This document shows positions 52,064-62,372 of a stretch of DNA of 64,000 nt, in pieces (position 1 is the stretch's first letter; the number at the start of each line of letters is the position of its first letter). The notes below the pieces were generated by a model. It saw only the letters and a list, made by a program, of their open reading frames with translations, searched no databases and was not told the origin of the DNA. Both the position numbers and the translations under genes were made by a program. Source of the DNA: an uncultured Thermoleophilia bacterium (GTDB taxonomy: Bacteria > Actinomycetota > Thermoleophilia > UBA2241); the NCBI GenBank assembly GCA_963715985.1, contig CAVQSP010000014.1, forward strand, positions 160,001 through 224,000. Direction: 5' to 3'.

Positions 52064-52789
52064 GTGGACACCGGAGAGCAGCTGCAGGCCATCATGGACG
52101 AGCTGGCCGGCATGGCCAGCGAGGAGAACCGCGCGGGCATGGCGCGCTACGGCATCAAGACGGACGACGCGTTCGGCGTCTCACTGTACGTCCTCCGGCC
52201 CATGGCCAAGGGTCTCTTCCCGGATCACGAGCTGGCGCTGGCGCTGTGGGCGACCGGCAAGCACGAGGCGCGCCTTCTGGCCAGCATGGTCGACGACCCT
52301 GCCGCCGTCACGGAGGAGCAGATGGAGGCGTGGGCGGCGGCCTTCGACTCCTGGGACGTGTGCGACCAGGTGACCTCCAACCTGTTCGACAAGACGCCGT
52401 ACGCCTACGCCAAGGTGACAGAGTGGAGCGCCCGCGAGGCCGAGTGGGTCAAGCGCGCGGCCTTCGCCACGGCGGCGGCCCTGGCCGTGCACGACAAGAC
52501 GGCGCCCGACGAGCCGTTCCTGGCCATCCTCGAGCTGTGCCGCCGCGAGGCGGGCGACGACCGCAACTTCGTGAAGAAGGCCGTCAACTGGGCGCTGCGC
52601 AACATCGGCAAGCGCAACACGGCGCTGCATGCGGCGGCGCTGCAGACGGCCGGGGCCATCCTGGCCGAGGCCGACGCCCGCGCCGCGACCGACCGCCGCG
52701 ACCCGGCCGCGCGCAGCGGCAGGTGGGTGGCGCGCGACGCGCTGCGCGAGCTGCAGTCGGAGAAGGTGCTCCGCCGCCTGCACCCCTGA
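52064..52789 (+). CDS. DNA alkylation repair protein (AlkD-like)
   Basis: GMARYGI, LWATGKHEARLLA, FDSWDVCD, DDRNFVKKAVNWALRNIGK. Confidence 0.9.
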   Translation: MDTGEQLQAIMDELAGMASEENRAGMARYGIKTDDAFGVSLYVLRPMAKGLFPDHELALALWATGKHEARLLASMVDDPAAVTEEQMEAWAAAFDSWDVCDQVTSNLFDKTPYAYAKVTEWSAREAEWVKRAAFATAAALAVHDKTAPDEPFLAILELCRREAGDDRNFVKKAVNWALRNIGKRNTALHAAALQTAGAILAEADARAATDRRDPAARSGRWVARDALRELQSEKVLRRLHP

Positions 52790-52898
52790 GGCACTTCGCC
52801 GCCCCAGGCCCCGAGTCTCTGGCCGAGTCTCCGGCCGTGGTAGTAACATAAGCTGCGTCGCTCGTGCTCACTCCCCTCTCACGCGGGCAGGTGGTCAG

Positions 52899-55535
52899 GT
52901 GGCCGTCGCGGAGCGCCCCACAGGTTCCTACGACTCTGCCGAGCGCCGGCATCCGCGCCTGGTACGGCGGACCGCGTGGCTGCAGCGGCACTCCCTGGGC
53001 GTCGCCGTCGCCGCCGCCGCGCTCATCGCCGTCATCTTCGTGCTCGACGCCAGGGTGCACCCTGTCACCATGGCCGGGTTCTACCTGATCCCGCTCACCA
53101 TGCTCGCGCTCACGGCGCGCGCCACCCTCGTGGCCGCCGCCGGTATCATCTGCGGCCTGCTCACGGTGCTCGTGTTCGCCTGGCAGGACACGCTCACCGC
53201 GACCTACCTCTTCAACCTGCTCTACGGCGGGCTCGCCGGCCTCGGACTCATCATCCTCGCCTATCTCATCCGCCGCCTCTCCGCGATCAGCGACTACGCG
53301 ACCCTGCGTGCCCAGCTCGCCGAGGCAGGCGCCGACATCTTCACCGGCGGCACACCCGACGACCTCGACGAGCTGCTCGAGTACGCGCTGGAGCGCCTCG
53401 GCGAGCAGCTCGACGCCACCGGCGGGGCCGTGCTGCTGCTCGAGAACGGCGTGTGGGAGGGGCGCGCCGGATTCGGCCTCGGCGTGGACGCCCGCGAGAT
53501 CTCCGGGGAGTACACGCTGGCGCCGCTGGCCGCCGAGGTGCTGCGCGGGGACGTGGCGCTGGCCCGGGTGTTCTCGGAGAGCGACCGGTCCTCGCTGGGT
53601 CCGCTCTCCGGCCACCTGCGGCTGGAGCGCGTGCTCGTGGTCCCCATGCGCGCGCTGGAGCGCGAGGTCGGCGTCATGGTGTTCAATCGGCCGGAGGTCA
53701 GCCCGGACTACGCGGGGGACCAGGTGACGGCCGCGGAGGGCATCGCCCGCTACCTGGCCGTGGCCGTGGACAACGTGCGCCTCATGGTGGAGCTGAGCAC
53801 GCGGCGGCGCGACCTGGAGATGGTCCGCGACTCCAGCCTGGATTTCGCTCAGAGCCTGGACATGAACGAGGTGCTCGAGGCGGTGGTGTCGCGGCTCGTG
53901 GACGCGCTCGGCATGCATGCCTGCAACGTCTATGAGGTGGACTCGGAGGAGGGGCTGCTGCGCGTTCTGCTGAGCTTCAGTGACGGGACCTTCAAGACTG
54001 AAGAGGCGACCGGCCAGGTGTTCAAGCTGGACCAGTTCGCCGCCAGTTCGCTGGCCATCTCCACGCGGCGGCCGGCCATCATCACGTCGCGGGACGACCC
54101 ACGTCTGAGCCATGCGGAACGCGAGCTGCTCACGAGACTCGGGCACCAGACGCAGCTCAGCATCCCGCTGCGCATCCGGGACAGGGTCATCGCACTCGTC
54201 GAGCTGTCCGACCGGGAACCGCGCGACTTCACCCCGGAAGAGGTGGAGCTGGCCCGCACCATCTGCCGGTTCGCGGCGCTGGCCGTGGACAAGGCGCGGC
54301 TCTTCGACCGCCAGCGCGTCACCGCGGAGCGCAGCGACCGGCTCGCCCGGCGCCTGCAGCGCCTGCAGTCCTTCGCCGTGGACCTCAACCGTCGGCTGGA
54401 GCGCGCCGAGCTGCAGGACGTGCTCGACGAGGTGGCGCACGCGGCGCTGGACCTGCTGCACGTGCGCACGGCCGCCGTACTCAGCGGCAGCGGTGAGTAC
54501 CTGGCGGCGCGCAGCGTAGCCGTGGCCGGTGATCCGGACGCGGTGCCCGCGACGCTCGAGGCCGATCTGCTGCAGCGCTTCCGCGAGGCGCTGGCGTCGC
54601 CGGGGGACGAAGACATGGCCGGCGGCGAGCTCGTCACCGCCGGGGTCGAGCAGAGCGACGGCCTGCTGTTCACGCCGCTCGAGAGCGACCTGCCGCAGCA
54701 GGCCTCCACGCTGGTCGTCGCCGACAAGGATCGCGGCGACTTCGACGAGGAGGACCGCCTCCTCCTGGTCACGCTCGGTGCGCAGCTGGGCGCGAGCCTG
54801 CACAACACCACCGCGTACCAGCGCGAGCACGCCATCGCCGAGACCTTCCAGCAGGCGCTGCTCATGGAGCCGCCCGCCATCCCCGGCATCGACGTCGGCG
54901 TGCGGTATCGCGCCGCCACCGAGGCGGCGCGCGTGGGCGGCGACTTCTACGACCTCGTCACCCTGAGCCCCGGGCGCCTCATGGTCATCGTCGGCGACGT
55001 GTGCGGCAAGAGCCTCGGCGCCGCCGCCCAGTCGGCCGTGGTGCGGTACATGCTGCGCGCCTATGCCGCCGAGGGCTCGCCGGGGGAGGCGCTCTCCCGG
55101 CTCAACGCGGCGGTCATCGCACAGTCTCCCGAGCAGCCCTTCGTCACCCTCGTGGTCGCCTACATCGACGTGGCCCGCCACATGTTCGAGTACGCCGTGG
55201 CCGGGCACCCGCGGCCGCTCATCCTCGCCGGCCGCCGCGAGTTCCCCATGCCCGGTGACGGCAACGTGCCGGTGGGCATCTTCCGCGGCGCGGTGTACCC
55301 CACCAACCGTGCCATCCTGCCGGACGACACGTGTGTGGTGATGTACACGGACGGCATGACCGACGCCCGCATCCACGGCCAGCTGTTCGGGGAGGAGCGC
55401 CTGCGCAAAGCCGTGGCGGAGAACCTGCAGCTGCCGGCGCAAGGGCTGGCGGACTCGCTGCTGGAGACGGTGAAGGCCTACGCCGGCGGGGTGCTCGCCG
55501 ACGACTGCGCGGTGGTGACGATCAGGCTGCCCTAG
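52899..55535 (+). CDS. Membrane-bound multi-GAF SpoIIE/RsbU-type PP2C phosphatase
   Basis: N-terminal TM helices, three GAF-like segments, VGGDFYD, VGDVCGK, AGHP, YTDGMTD, DDCAVV. Confidence 0.92.
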   Translation: MAVAERPTGSYDSAERRHPRLVRRTAWLQRHSLGVAVAAAALIAVIFVLDARVHPVTMAGFYLIPLTMLALTARATLVAAAGIICGLLTVLVFAWQDTLTATYLFNLLYGGLAGLGLIILAYLIRRLSAISDYATLRAQLAEAGADIFTGGTPDDLDELLEYALERLGEQLDATGGAVLLLENGVWEGRAGFGLGVDAREISGEYTLAPLAAEVLRGDVALARVFSESDRSSLGPLSGHLRLERVLVVPMRALEREVGVMVFNRPEVSPDYAGDQVTAAEGIARYLAVAVDNVRLMVELSTRRRDLEMVRDSSLDFAQSLDMNEVLEAVVSRLVDALGMHACNVYEVDSEEGLLRVLLSFSDGTFKTEEATGQVFKLDQFAASSLAISTRRPAIITSRDDPRLSHAERELLTRLGHQTQLSIPLRIRDRVIALVELSDREPRDFTPEEVELARTICRFAALAVDKARLFDRQRVTAERSDRLARRLQRLQSFAVDLNRRLERAELQDVLDEVAHAALDLLHVRTAAVLSGSGEYLAARSVAVAGDPDAVPATLEADLLQRFREALASPGDEDMAGGELVTAGVEQSDGLLFTPLESDLPQQASTLVVADKDRGDFDEEDRLLLVTLGAQLGASLHNTTAYQREHAIAETFQQALLMEPPAIPGIDVGVRYRAATEAARVGGDFYDLVTLSPGRLMVIVGDVCGKSLGAAAQSAVVRYMLRAYAAEGSPGEALSRLNAAVIAQSPEQPFVTLVVAYIDVARHMFEYAVAGHPRPLILAGRREFPMPGDGNVPVGIFRGAVYPTNRAILPDDTCVVMYTDGMTDARIHGQLFGEERLRKAVAENLQLPAQGLADSLLETVKAYAGGVLADDCAVVTIRLP

Positions 55536-56934
55536 TGCGGCGGTGTGACAGCCAGATGCCCACGAGCAGCGTCACCACGGCGCCGCCGGCGGTGATGGCC
55601 GTGTAGACGACCCGCGAGCCGCCGGTCGGGATCACCACGAGGAAGACGCCGATACCGAAGAGCACGAACGCCTCCGCCAGAAGGACGGCCAGCCAGGCGC
55701 CGGCGCGCCCGCCCGGCACGCGATACGGGCGCGGCACGTCCGGGTGGCGCCGCCGCAGCACCAGCAGGGCCGGGAACATGAGCAGGTACGGCGCCATGAA
55801 CACGATCGAGGAGAGCGAGAAGATCGTCCAGAAGATCTGCTCGTTGCCGCCGAAGAGCGCGTAGTTGACCGCGGTGAGCGCCGTGGCCACCGCGGCCATC
55901 AACACGAAGGCGTAGTCCGGGGTGCCGAAGCGCCGGTTGAGGTGGCCGAAGACCTTCGGCGCCGACCGGTCCAGCCCGGTGACGTTGATGCTGTGGTTGG
56001 CACCTGTGGACCAGGTCACCATGGTCCCCACGAAGGTGAACAGCAGCAGCACGATGACGACGTCGTAGGCCGCCGTAGCGCCGCCGCCGAGCACGCGCTC
56101 GAACGAGAGCTGCATGGCGTCGGCGATGCCGCTGACGATGGAGAGCTGCTTGAGCGGCAGCGCGGCCAGCACGCCGGCCATGCCCACGATCTGCGTGCCC
56201 ACGATGGCCAGGCCGGCGATGAGGATCATGCGCGGGATGTCGCGGCGCGGGTCCTTGAGGGAGCCGCCCACGGAGCTCATCACCTCGAAGCCGCAGAAGT
56301 TGGAGAGGATCACGGCGACCGCGGCGAGACGCAGGCCGCCGGCCGGCAGAAGCTCGCCCGCCGAGACGGGGTTGGCGATGCCGTGGCGCAGGGCGAAGAC
56401 GAGGCCGACGAGGGCGGCGGCCAGCAGAACGGCGATCTTGGCCGCCGCGCTGGCGTTGTTCACCCACGTCGTGAGCCGCAGGGGCAGGATGCCGATGGCC
56501 ACCACCAGCCACAGCAGGCCGATGACGATGAGCTCCTCCCAGGTGCGGCTCATCTCCGGCCAGAACGCCGAGCGCACCGTGCCGGCGAAGATGACGAACA
56601 CGGCCGGCGCCCAGTAGGCCAGGTTCACCCAGTAGAACCAGGCGCAGACGCCGCCCACACGCTCTCCGTAGGCCTCGCGGATCCACACGTAGATGCCGCC
56701 CTCCTGCGGCCAGGCGCTGCCCAGCTCGGCGGTGATGAAGCCGTAGGGCGCGTAGAAGACGATGGCGAGCACGGTGAACACGGTGATACCGCGCCACCCG
56801 CTGGCGGCCACGGTGGCCACCGAGTCCAGGGTGATCATCGCCGACACCGAGAACAGCACCATGGGGACCAGGCCCAGGATGCGGGTGCGGGCGTCGGCGG
56901 ATGGGAGGGTGACCAGCTCGGAGCGGGCGTTCAT
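55522..56934 (-). CDS. APC-family amino acid/polyamine permease
   Basis: AELGSAWPQEGGIYVWIREAYG, GFE, RPYRVPGG; about 12 TM segments. Confidence 0.92.
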   Translation of the reverse strand: MNARSELVTLPSADARTRILGLVPMVLFSVSAMITLDSVATVAASGWRGITVFTVLAIVFYAPYGFITAELGSAWPQEGGIYVWIREAYGERVGGVCAWFYWVNLAYWAPAVFVIFAGTVRSAFWPEMSRTWEELIVIGLLWLVVAIGILPLRLTTWVNNASAAAKIAVLLAAALVGLVFALRHGIANPVSAGELLPAGGLRLAAVAVILSNFCGFEVMSSVGGSLKDPRRDIPRMILIAGLAIVGTQIVGMAGVLAALPLKQLSIVSGIADAMQLSFERVLGGGATAAYDVVIVLLLFTFVGTMVTWSTGANHSINVTGLDRSAPKVFGHLNRRFGTPDYAFVLMAAVATALTAVNYALFGGNEQIFWTIFSLSSIVFMAPYLLMFPALLVLRRRHPDVPRPYRVPGGRAGAWLAVLLAEAFVLFGIGVFLVVIPTGGSRVVYTAITAGGAVVTLLVGIWLSHRRTRAA

Positions 56935-56954
56935 CGCAGGGATGGTAGCAGGAA

Positions 56955-58229
56955 TCAGGCGGCGCGCACGACGGTGGCCATCGCGTCGGCCACGGCGAGG
57001 ACGCGGGCGCGGCGCCCGAGGCGCTGCTCGGCGGCGGCCACGGCCGCGTCGACGGAGTCGAACGCGGCCATGCCCAGCGGTTCGAGGAAGGCGGCGTCCG
57101 CCGCGCCGACGACGCAAACGCGGAAGCGCTCGAGGACGCGCGCCATCACGAACGAGCGCTGGCCGCCGGGGCCCAGCGGTTCGCGCAGCCCTCGCGCGAC
57201 GAGCTCGGCCGGGGAGGAGGCGCCGGCCAGCACGGCCGCGAAGTTGCGCTCGCCGGGGCCGGTGCCGGCGCCGTGCGGCAGATCGGCGCAGAGCACGAGC
57301 AGGCCGCCGTCGGCGAGGGCGGGGCGAGCGACGAGGGCCACGTAGGTCGCCGCCCGGCTCGCCTGGTAGAGGTTGTCGCTCTTGGGCGCGTGCACGCCGG
57401 CGACCACGACATCGAAGGTGCCGTCCACCGGGCGCAGACACGTGCCGGCGCCCGCACGCACCAGCTCCTCCTGTACCTGCACGGGATCGCCGGCCGCGAG
57501 CGCCGTCACCTCGCCGTCCGCCGACAACACTGCGTTCACCGCCCAGCCGAGCGGCGTGCGCGCGGCGATCTCACGCAGCGTCTCCTGGAAGGGGTTGCCG
57601 TCGAGTCGGCCGACCGCCACGCCGGGGGCGCCGATGAACGCCGGCCGGTGCGTCCAGGCGATGGTCTCCTGACCGGCGCAGCCGATGGCCACGCCCTTGA
57701 CGCCGCCCGAGAAGCCGGCGTACAGGTGCGGCTCGACGACGCCGACCGTGACGGCGAGGTCGGCCTCGACGACGCGGCGGGCGATGCGCACCGGCGTGCC
57801 GCGCGAGGTCGTGCCGAGGTCGGCGCACGGGGTCTCGATGCCCTGAGCGTCTTCGATGCGGATGCGGGCCGAGACTGCGGACCCGGCCAGCGCCTCGCGC
57901 TCTGCGGCGGAGGTGGTGGCGTGCAGGCCGCAGCCGATGACCGCCGTGACCGCGTCGTCTGCGACGCCGGCCGCGTTCAGCTCGGCCAGCAGGTGCCCCA
58001 GGATCGGCGGGCTGGGGCAGGGCCGCGAGGCGTCGGGGATGGTGACAACCACAGAGGCGGCGCCGCGCGCCAGCTCGCGCAGGCGCGGCGCCCCGAGCGG
58101 CGTCGCCAGCGCGGCCGCCAGCGCGGCGCCGGCGTCGGGCGCGGCTGCGAGCTCGGCCGGGGGCACGAAGACGTCGGCGCGCGGTACGGGCAGGCGCCGC
58201 GCGCCGCAGAAGACCCAGGCGTCGCTCAC
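56955..58229 (-). CDS. LarA-family nickel-pincer racemase/epimerase
   Basis: IPDASRP, GCGLH, VEPHLYAGFSGGVKG, NLYQASR. Confidence 0.88.
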   Translation of the reverse strand: MSDAWVFCGARRLPVPRADVFVPPAELAAAPDAGAALAAALATPLGAPRLRELARGAASVVVTIPDASRPCPSPPILGHLLAELNAAGVADDAVTAVIGCGLHATTSAAEREALAGSAVSARIRIEDAQGIETPCADLGTTSRGTPVRIARRVVEADLAVTVGVVEPHLYAGFSGGVKGVAIGCAGQETIAWTHRPAFIGAPGVAVGRLDGNPFQETLREIAARTPLGWAVNAVLSADGEVTALAAGDPVQVQEELVRAGAGTCLRPVDGTFDVVVAGVHAPKSDNLYQASRAATYVALVARPALADGGLLVLCADLPHGAGTGPGERNFAAVLAGASSPAELVARGLREPLGPGGQRSFVMARVLERFRVCVVGAADAAFLEPLGMAAFDSVDAAVAAAEQRLGRRARVLAVADAMATVVRAA

Positions 58230-58555
58230 GAGGCGTCGCCGGGGGGCTGGGCGGTGGCCGCGGGTCCCGGCGAGGTCGTGGTGGCGGGCGCCTCTCCGGC
58301 TCGCCCGCCGGCCGGCCCGCCGTCGTGGTGATGCCCCGGCCGTGTGGTGCCGGTGCGCCACCACACGGCGAACATGATGAGCACGCCGGCCAGCGGCACC
58401 AGCGACGCCACGAAGGCGGCGACCAGCCAGTCCAGCACGTCGCCGCCGGTCTTGCGCGCGCAGAGGTAGCCGAGGTACAGGCAGATGAGCATCTGCGGTC
58501 CCCAGGCGAAGAAGTACCACCCGGCCTTGCCCGTCGTCCAGAGGATCCAGCCCAT
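58226..58555 (-). CDS. Small membrane protein
   Basis: MGWILWTTGKAGWYFF... with two TM segments; GTGA overlap with the LarA-family gene. Confidence 0.7.
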   Translation of the reverse strand: MGWILWTTGKAGWYFFAWGPQMLICLYLGYLCARKTGGDVLDWLVAAFVASLVPLAGVLIMFAVWWRTGTTRPGHHHDGGPAGGRAGEAPATTTSPGPAATAQPPGDAS

Positions 58556-58560
58556 CGCGG

Positions 58561-60631
58561 TCAGTCGTACAGGGCGAGCAGGCGTCCGACCGCGCCGCGG
58601 AGGTGCTCGACCGCCTCCGGCGGGGCCAGCAGGCGCGCCTGATCGGCGAAGCGCAGGAGGTACGAGGTGAGCCAGCCCTCGTCCACGTACGGCTGTTCGG
58701 CGAGGCACGACCCGTCCCCCAGCCTGCGCACGGGCTGGCGTTCCTCGACCCAGCGGGTCACGAGGGGGCTGTACCACACCGAGGCCCGTTTGGGGGCGTA
58801 GACGCGCGAGGTGGGGATGCCCTCGCGGCGGTACAGCTCCAGCTGGACGTCGTCTCGCGGCACGAACGTCTCGTCCAGCAGCTCGGCGCTCTTGGTGGTC
58901 GAGACCCGGAACACCCGTCGCCCGTCCGCGCGGCGGCACCAGCACACGTAGTACCTGTCGCCGCGCTCACGGCTCATGAAGTACGGCTCGACGGTACGTA
59001 CTGTGAGCTCGGGGGTTCCTTCCTTCCAGTATTCGATGCGGAGCAGCCGGTTGTGAGCGATGGCGGCGTTGATGGCATCGAGCACGACGTCGTCGGGACG
59101 CACCGGGTCACTGGCCTGGATGGTGGGGGGCGCGCCTCTGCGCACCGCGTGGATCTTCTGCCCGAGCGCTCTCCAGGGCGGTGCCGGTGGTGGAGGGCAG
59201 CTGGCCACCCACCAGGTCGATGGCGAGCAGGATGGCGTCCGCCTGCAAGGGTGAGAGACGCGCCGGCCGCGAGAGCGTGGGCCCTTCCAGGTCGCACGTC
59301 ACGTGGAGCTTGCCGCGGCCCTTGAACTCCGCGTACAGCACGGTCCCGCCGCCCACGTAGCCCACGTCGTTCAGCACGCGGACGTCTTCTCTGAGCTGGT
59401 CCCGCGTCATGCCCAGCGCGGCCCTGATCTCGCTCACGTCCAGGTCCGCCTCGTTCTGCCCGCAGCTCGTGAGCAGGTAGGTGGCGAGCGTACTGAGGCG
59501 GGTGAAGCGATCGACCTCCACGTGACCTTCATCGGCGTGCCTGCGTCTGCGCCGTGCCGGTGCCTCGTCCTCGGCCGGCGCGGCCGCCGTGTCGCCGGCG
59601 TCGGGTGCGGGGGCGCCGAAGGCCGCCTCGAGCGCGCCCAGCTGCTCGCGCAGACGCGCGCGCAGCTCGGCGGGCTCCAGCAGTTCGGCGGCATCGGCGA
59701 GATTCAGCACCCAGGACAGCAGCGGCCGGGGGTCGGCGTAGTCGGTGGTGTAGACGATGCCGCCGTCCGGCCGGCGCTCAACGCTGCCGCAGTGCGACCA
59801 GTGGGCCTCTACCCACCAGGCCATGGTGGGGCCGACGCGGACCCGCGCCGTGCCACGGACGGCGGCGAGGCGCCAGGCAGGGCGGTCGCGGTACGCCTCC
59901 AGGTCGAAGTCCTCGGGGCGCACGAAGTCGTGCAGCCGCTTGGTCGCGTGGACGACGCGTGAGTGGATGCGAGACAGGCGGAAGGTCCGCACGTCGTCGC
60001 GCAGGTGGCAACGGCCGATGAGGTACCACTCGCCGGCCACGAGTTGCAGCCCGTACGGGTCCACCATGCGCTCCATCTCCTCATCTCGGGCGATGGTGTA
60101 GTAGGTGAAACGCACCGACTTGCGATCGTCCACGGCGGCTTGCAGCTTGGGCAGCAGGCCGAGCGGCTCCGACGTCTCGCGGGCGACCGCGAGCGGGGGA
60201 GGTTCCGCCTCGGCCAGGAGCTCGGGACGGTCCTGGGCGAGGCTGAGCAGCGCGAGACGGAGCGGCTGTGAATAGGCGAACGCGCCGTCGAGCACGGCGA
60301 GGCAGGCGGCGAGCGCGGTGACCTCCTCGAGGTCGAGGTGCACCGAGGTGAGGTAGTAGGCGTCGCGCTGCAGGCGGTAGACGTCGCCGTCGTCGCCCGG
60401 CTCTGCGTCGACGGCGATGCCCAGCTCGCCGAGCTCGGCGCGATCCTCCTGGAAGCGCTTCTTGAACGCCTCGTCGGTCATGAGCGCGTAGCCCTCCACG
60501 CACATGCGGATCTCCGCGGCGCTCACGGGCCGCCCCGGGCGGGACAGCAGGAAGGTGACGAGCGAGAGCCGCCGGATGTTCTGGTCGGTGTCCTTGGGCT
60601 GGCGCTTCTCGGGCTCCTGCGGCGGGCTCAT
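58561..60631 (-). CDS. pafBC: Fused PafB-PafC-type double HTH-WYL-WCX transcriptional regulator (frameshift ~59160)
   Basis: EAFKKRFQEDRAELGELG, VDPYGL...WYLIG...RTFRLSRI; second module DRFTRL...VEPY...YYV...RVFRV. Confidence 0.85.
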
Positions 60632-60653
60632 GGGCGCGCTCCGGCGTCGGTGG

Positions 60654-60689
60654 TGAGGCACCGGCGCCGCGTACGGCGCCGGTGCCTCA
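60654..60689. terminator. Perfect 16-bp hairpin (terminator of the mttB-like pair or a pafBC leader element)
   Basis: TGAGGCACCGGCGCCG-CGTA-CGGCGCCGGTGCCTCA. Confidence 0.55.
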
Positions 60690-60836
60690 TGCTACCGCAC
60701 GCCGCGCCCCTGGTCAGCGGCGCACACCCAAGGCTCGGGGCGGCTTCGCTGCCCCGCTCGTCAGCGCGCCTGCGGCGGCCGACGCTACACGGCCGCCATG
60801 AGCGGTGCCTCTGCGGCGCACCCCTCGCTGAGCCCG

Positions 60837-62300
60837 CTACCGTAGCTCAGTCTCACGGGCGGCTGCGGCGATGATGGCGTCGAACTCGGCCCCCAGATCC
60901 GCCGGGAAGGGCACGGCGTCGGCGGCGAGGATCTCCGCCACCTTCTCCTGCGCCTTCTCCGTGGTGCTCTTGCCGCCGGCGTTCTGCCAGGCCTCGTACG
61001 TGCCGGTCTCGCCGAGCGTGGCCTGCCACAGCTCGCGCACGTGCCTGCGCGTGTGGTTGTCGAACAGGTAGTTGCCGTTGAAGCCCATCTTCTTGATCAG
61101 GTCCACGGCGAGGGTCTCTTCGTTGACCTCGATGCCGCGCAGGATGCGCTTCACCATGCCGAGGATCTCGTTGTCCACGACCATGTTCTCGAGGCAGAGG
61201 ATGCGGGAGCCGTCCAGCAGGCCGGTGCCGAAGGTCACGTCGGCGCCGTTGCTGTACGCCATGAACATCGCGAGCGCGTTCTCGTAGGCACTCTGGATGC
61301 CCGGTTCCTTGGCCGTGGTGGCCCCGGCGCCATACCACGCCGGTACGCCGTAGAAGTCGGCCATGTGGCCCTCACAGGCGCGCAGCAGCATGGCCTCCGG
61401 CGAGTTGCTGGCGTAGGCGCCCGAGTCCATGTACATCGCCGTCGGGCCGCCGCCGTGGATGACGGGGGCACCCGGGTGGGCCAGCTGCACGAGCGTTGCG
61501 CCGCTCACGAACTCGGCGTTGGTCATCACCGCGGAGCCGGCGATGGTGATGGGGCCGGTCGCCCCGAGGATGGGCATGGGGTAGAAGCTCACCGGGATGC
61601 CGGCCTCGGCCAGCACCAGGGCCAGGTCCATGCCGAAGCGCTCCTGGTGGAGCGGGCTCACAGTGCAGATGATGGTGGTGAACATGGGCCGGCGCCTGAG
61701 CTCCTCCGTGCCGCCGGCCATCGCCTCGGCCATCCTGATCAGGCTGCGCGCCTCCCAGTCCTCCTTGATCGAGACGACGATGCTGTGCTTCTCGCTGTTG
61801 CGCACGCAGGCGTCGAACTCGTGCAGCACGCGCGTCTCCGGCGGGCAGTCCTGCGCGCTCACGACGGCGCTCGTCGCACTCACGTTGTCGAGCGCCTGCA
61901 CCACCTTGGCGCAGTTCGCCAGATCTTCTTTGCGGGACACCCGCACCTCACCGGTGACCGGGTCGCGGTAGGAGACGCCGCAGCCGTCCGAACTGATGTA
62001 GACGTGCTCGCCGTCCAGCGGCAGGTCGTACTCGGGGTTGCGCGCGCCCAGGGTGAAGACGGGGGTCAGGGTGCCGAGCGCCTTCTCGACCACGGCGGCT
62101 GGGACCTTGGCCACCGTCGTCTCGCGGTCCACCGTGGCCCCGTTGGCCTCGAGGATGTCCAGCGCCTTCTGCGAGTGGTACTTGACGCCTACGCTCTCGA
62201 TGACGTCCAGCGTGGCCTCGTGGATCTGGCGCACGTCTTCGGGGGAGAGCAGGCCGAGCCTCACACGCTCGCCCACGTAGCACTTGTCCGCGTAGGTCAT
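60837..62300 (-). CDS. MttB-superfamily methyltransferase, non-pyrrolysine
   Basis: IHEATLDVIESVGV, VSPL, GATGPITIAG, QSAYE, FGTGLLD; AAGGAG RBS. Confidence 0.92.
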   Translation of the reverse strand: MTYADKCYVGERVRLGLLSPEDVRQIHEATLDVIESVGVKYHSQKALDILEANGATVDRETTVAKVPAAVVEKALGTLTPVFTLGARNPEYDLPLDGEHVYISSDGCGVSYRDPVTGEVRVSRKEDLANCAKVVQALDNVSATSAVVSAQDCPPETRVLHEFDACVRNSEKHSIVVSIKEDWEARSLIRMAEAMAGGTEELRRRPMFTTIICTVSPLHQERFGMDLALVLAEAGIPVSFYPMPILGATGPITIAGSAVMTNAEFVSGATLVQLAHPGAPVIHGGGPTAMYMDSGAYASNSPEAMLLRACEGHMADFYGVPAWYGAGATTAKEPGIQSAYENALAMFMAYSNGADVTFGTGLLDGSRILCLENMVVDNEILGMVKRILRGIEVNEETLAVDLIKKMGFNGNYLFDNHTRRHVRELWQATLGETGTYEAWQNAGGKSTTEKAQEKVAEILAADAVPFPADLGAEFDAIIAAAARETELR

Positions 62301-62372
62301 GGGACTCCTTTCGCTCGTGCAGGGTGCTCCGCCGTGCGCACCGCGCAACGCCGTGAGCTACGCCCGCTCGTT

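Noticed and set aside
52584-55442. Long antisense ORFs (also 61041-63824, 36298-38289, 2524-4380)
   Set aside because: Shadow ORFs opposite real genes, as expected in very GC-rich DNA.
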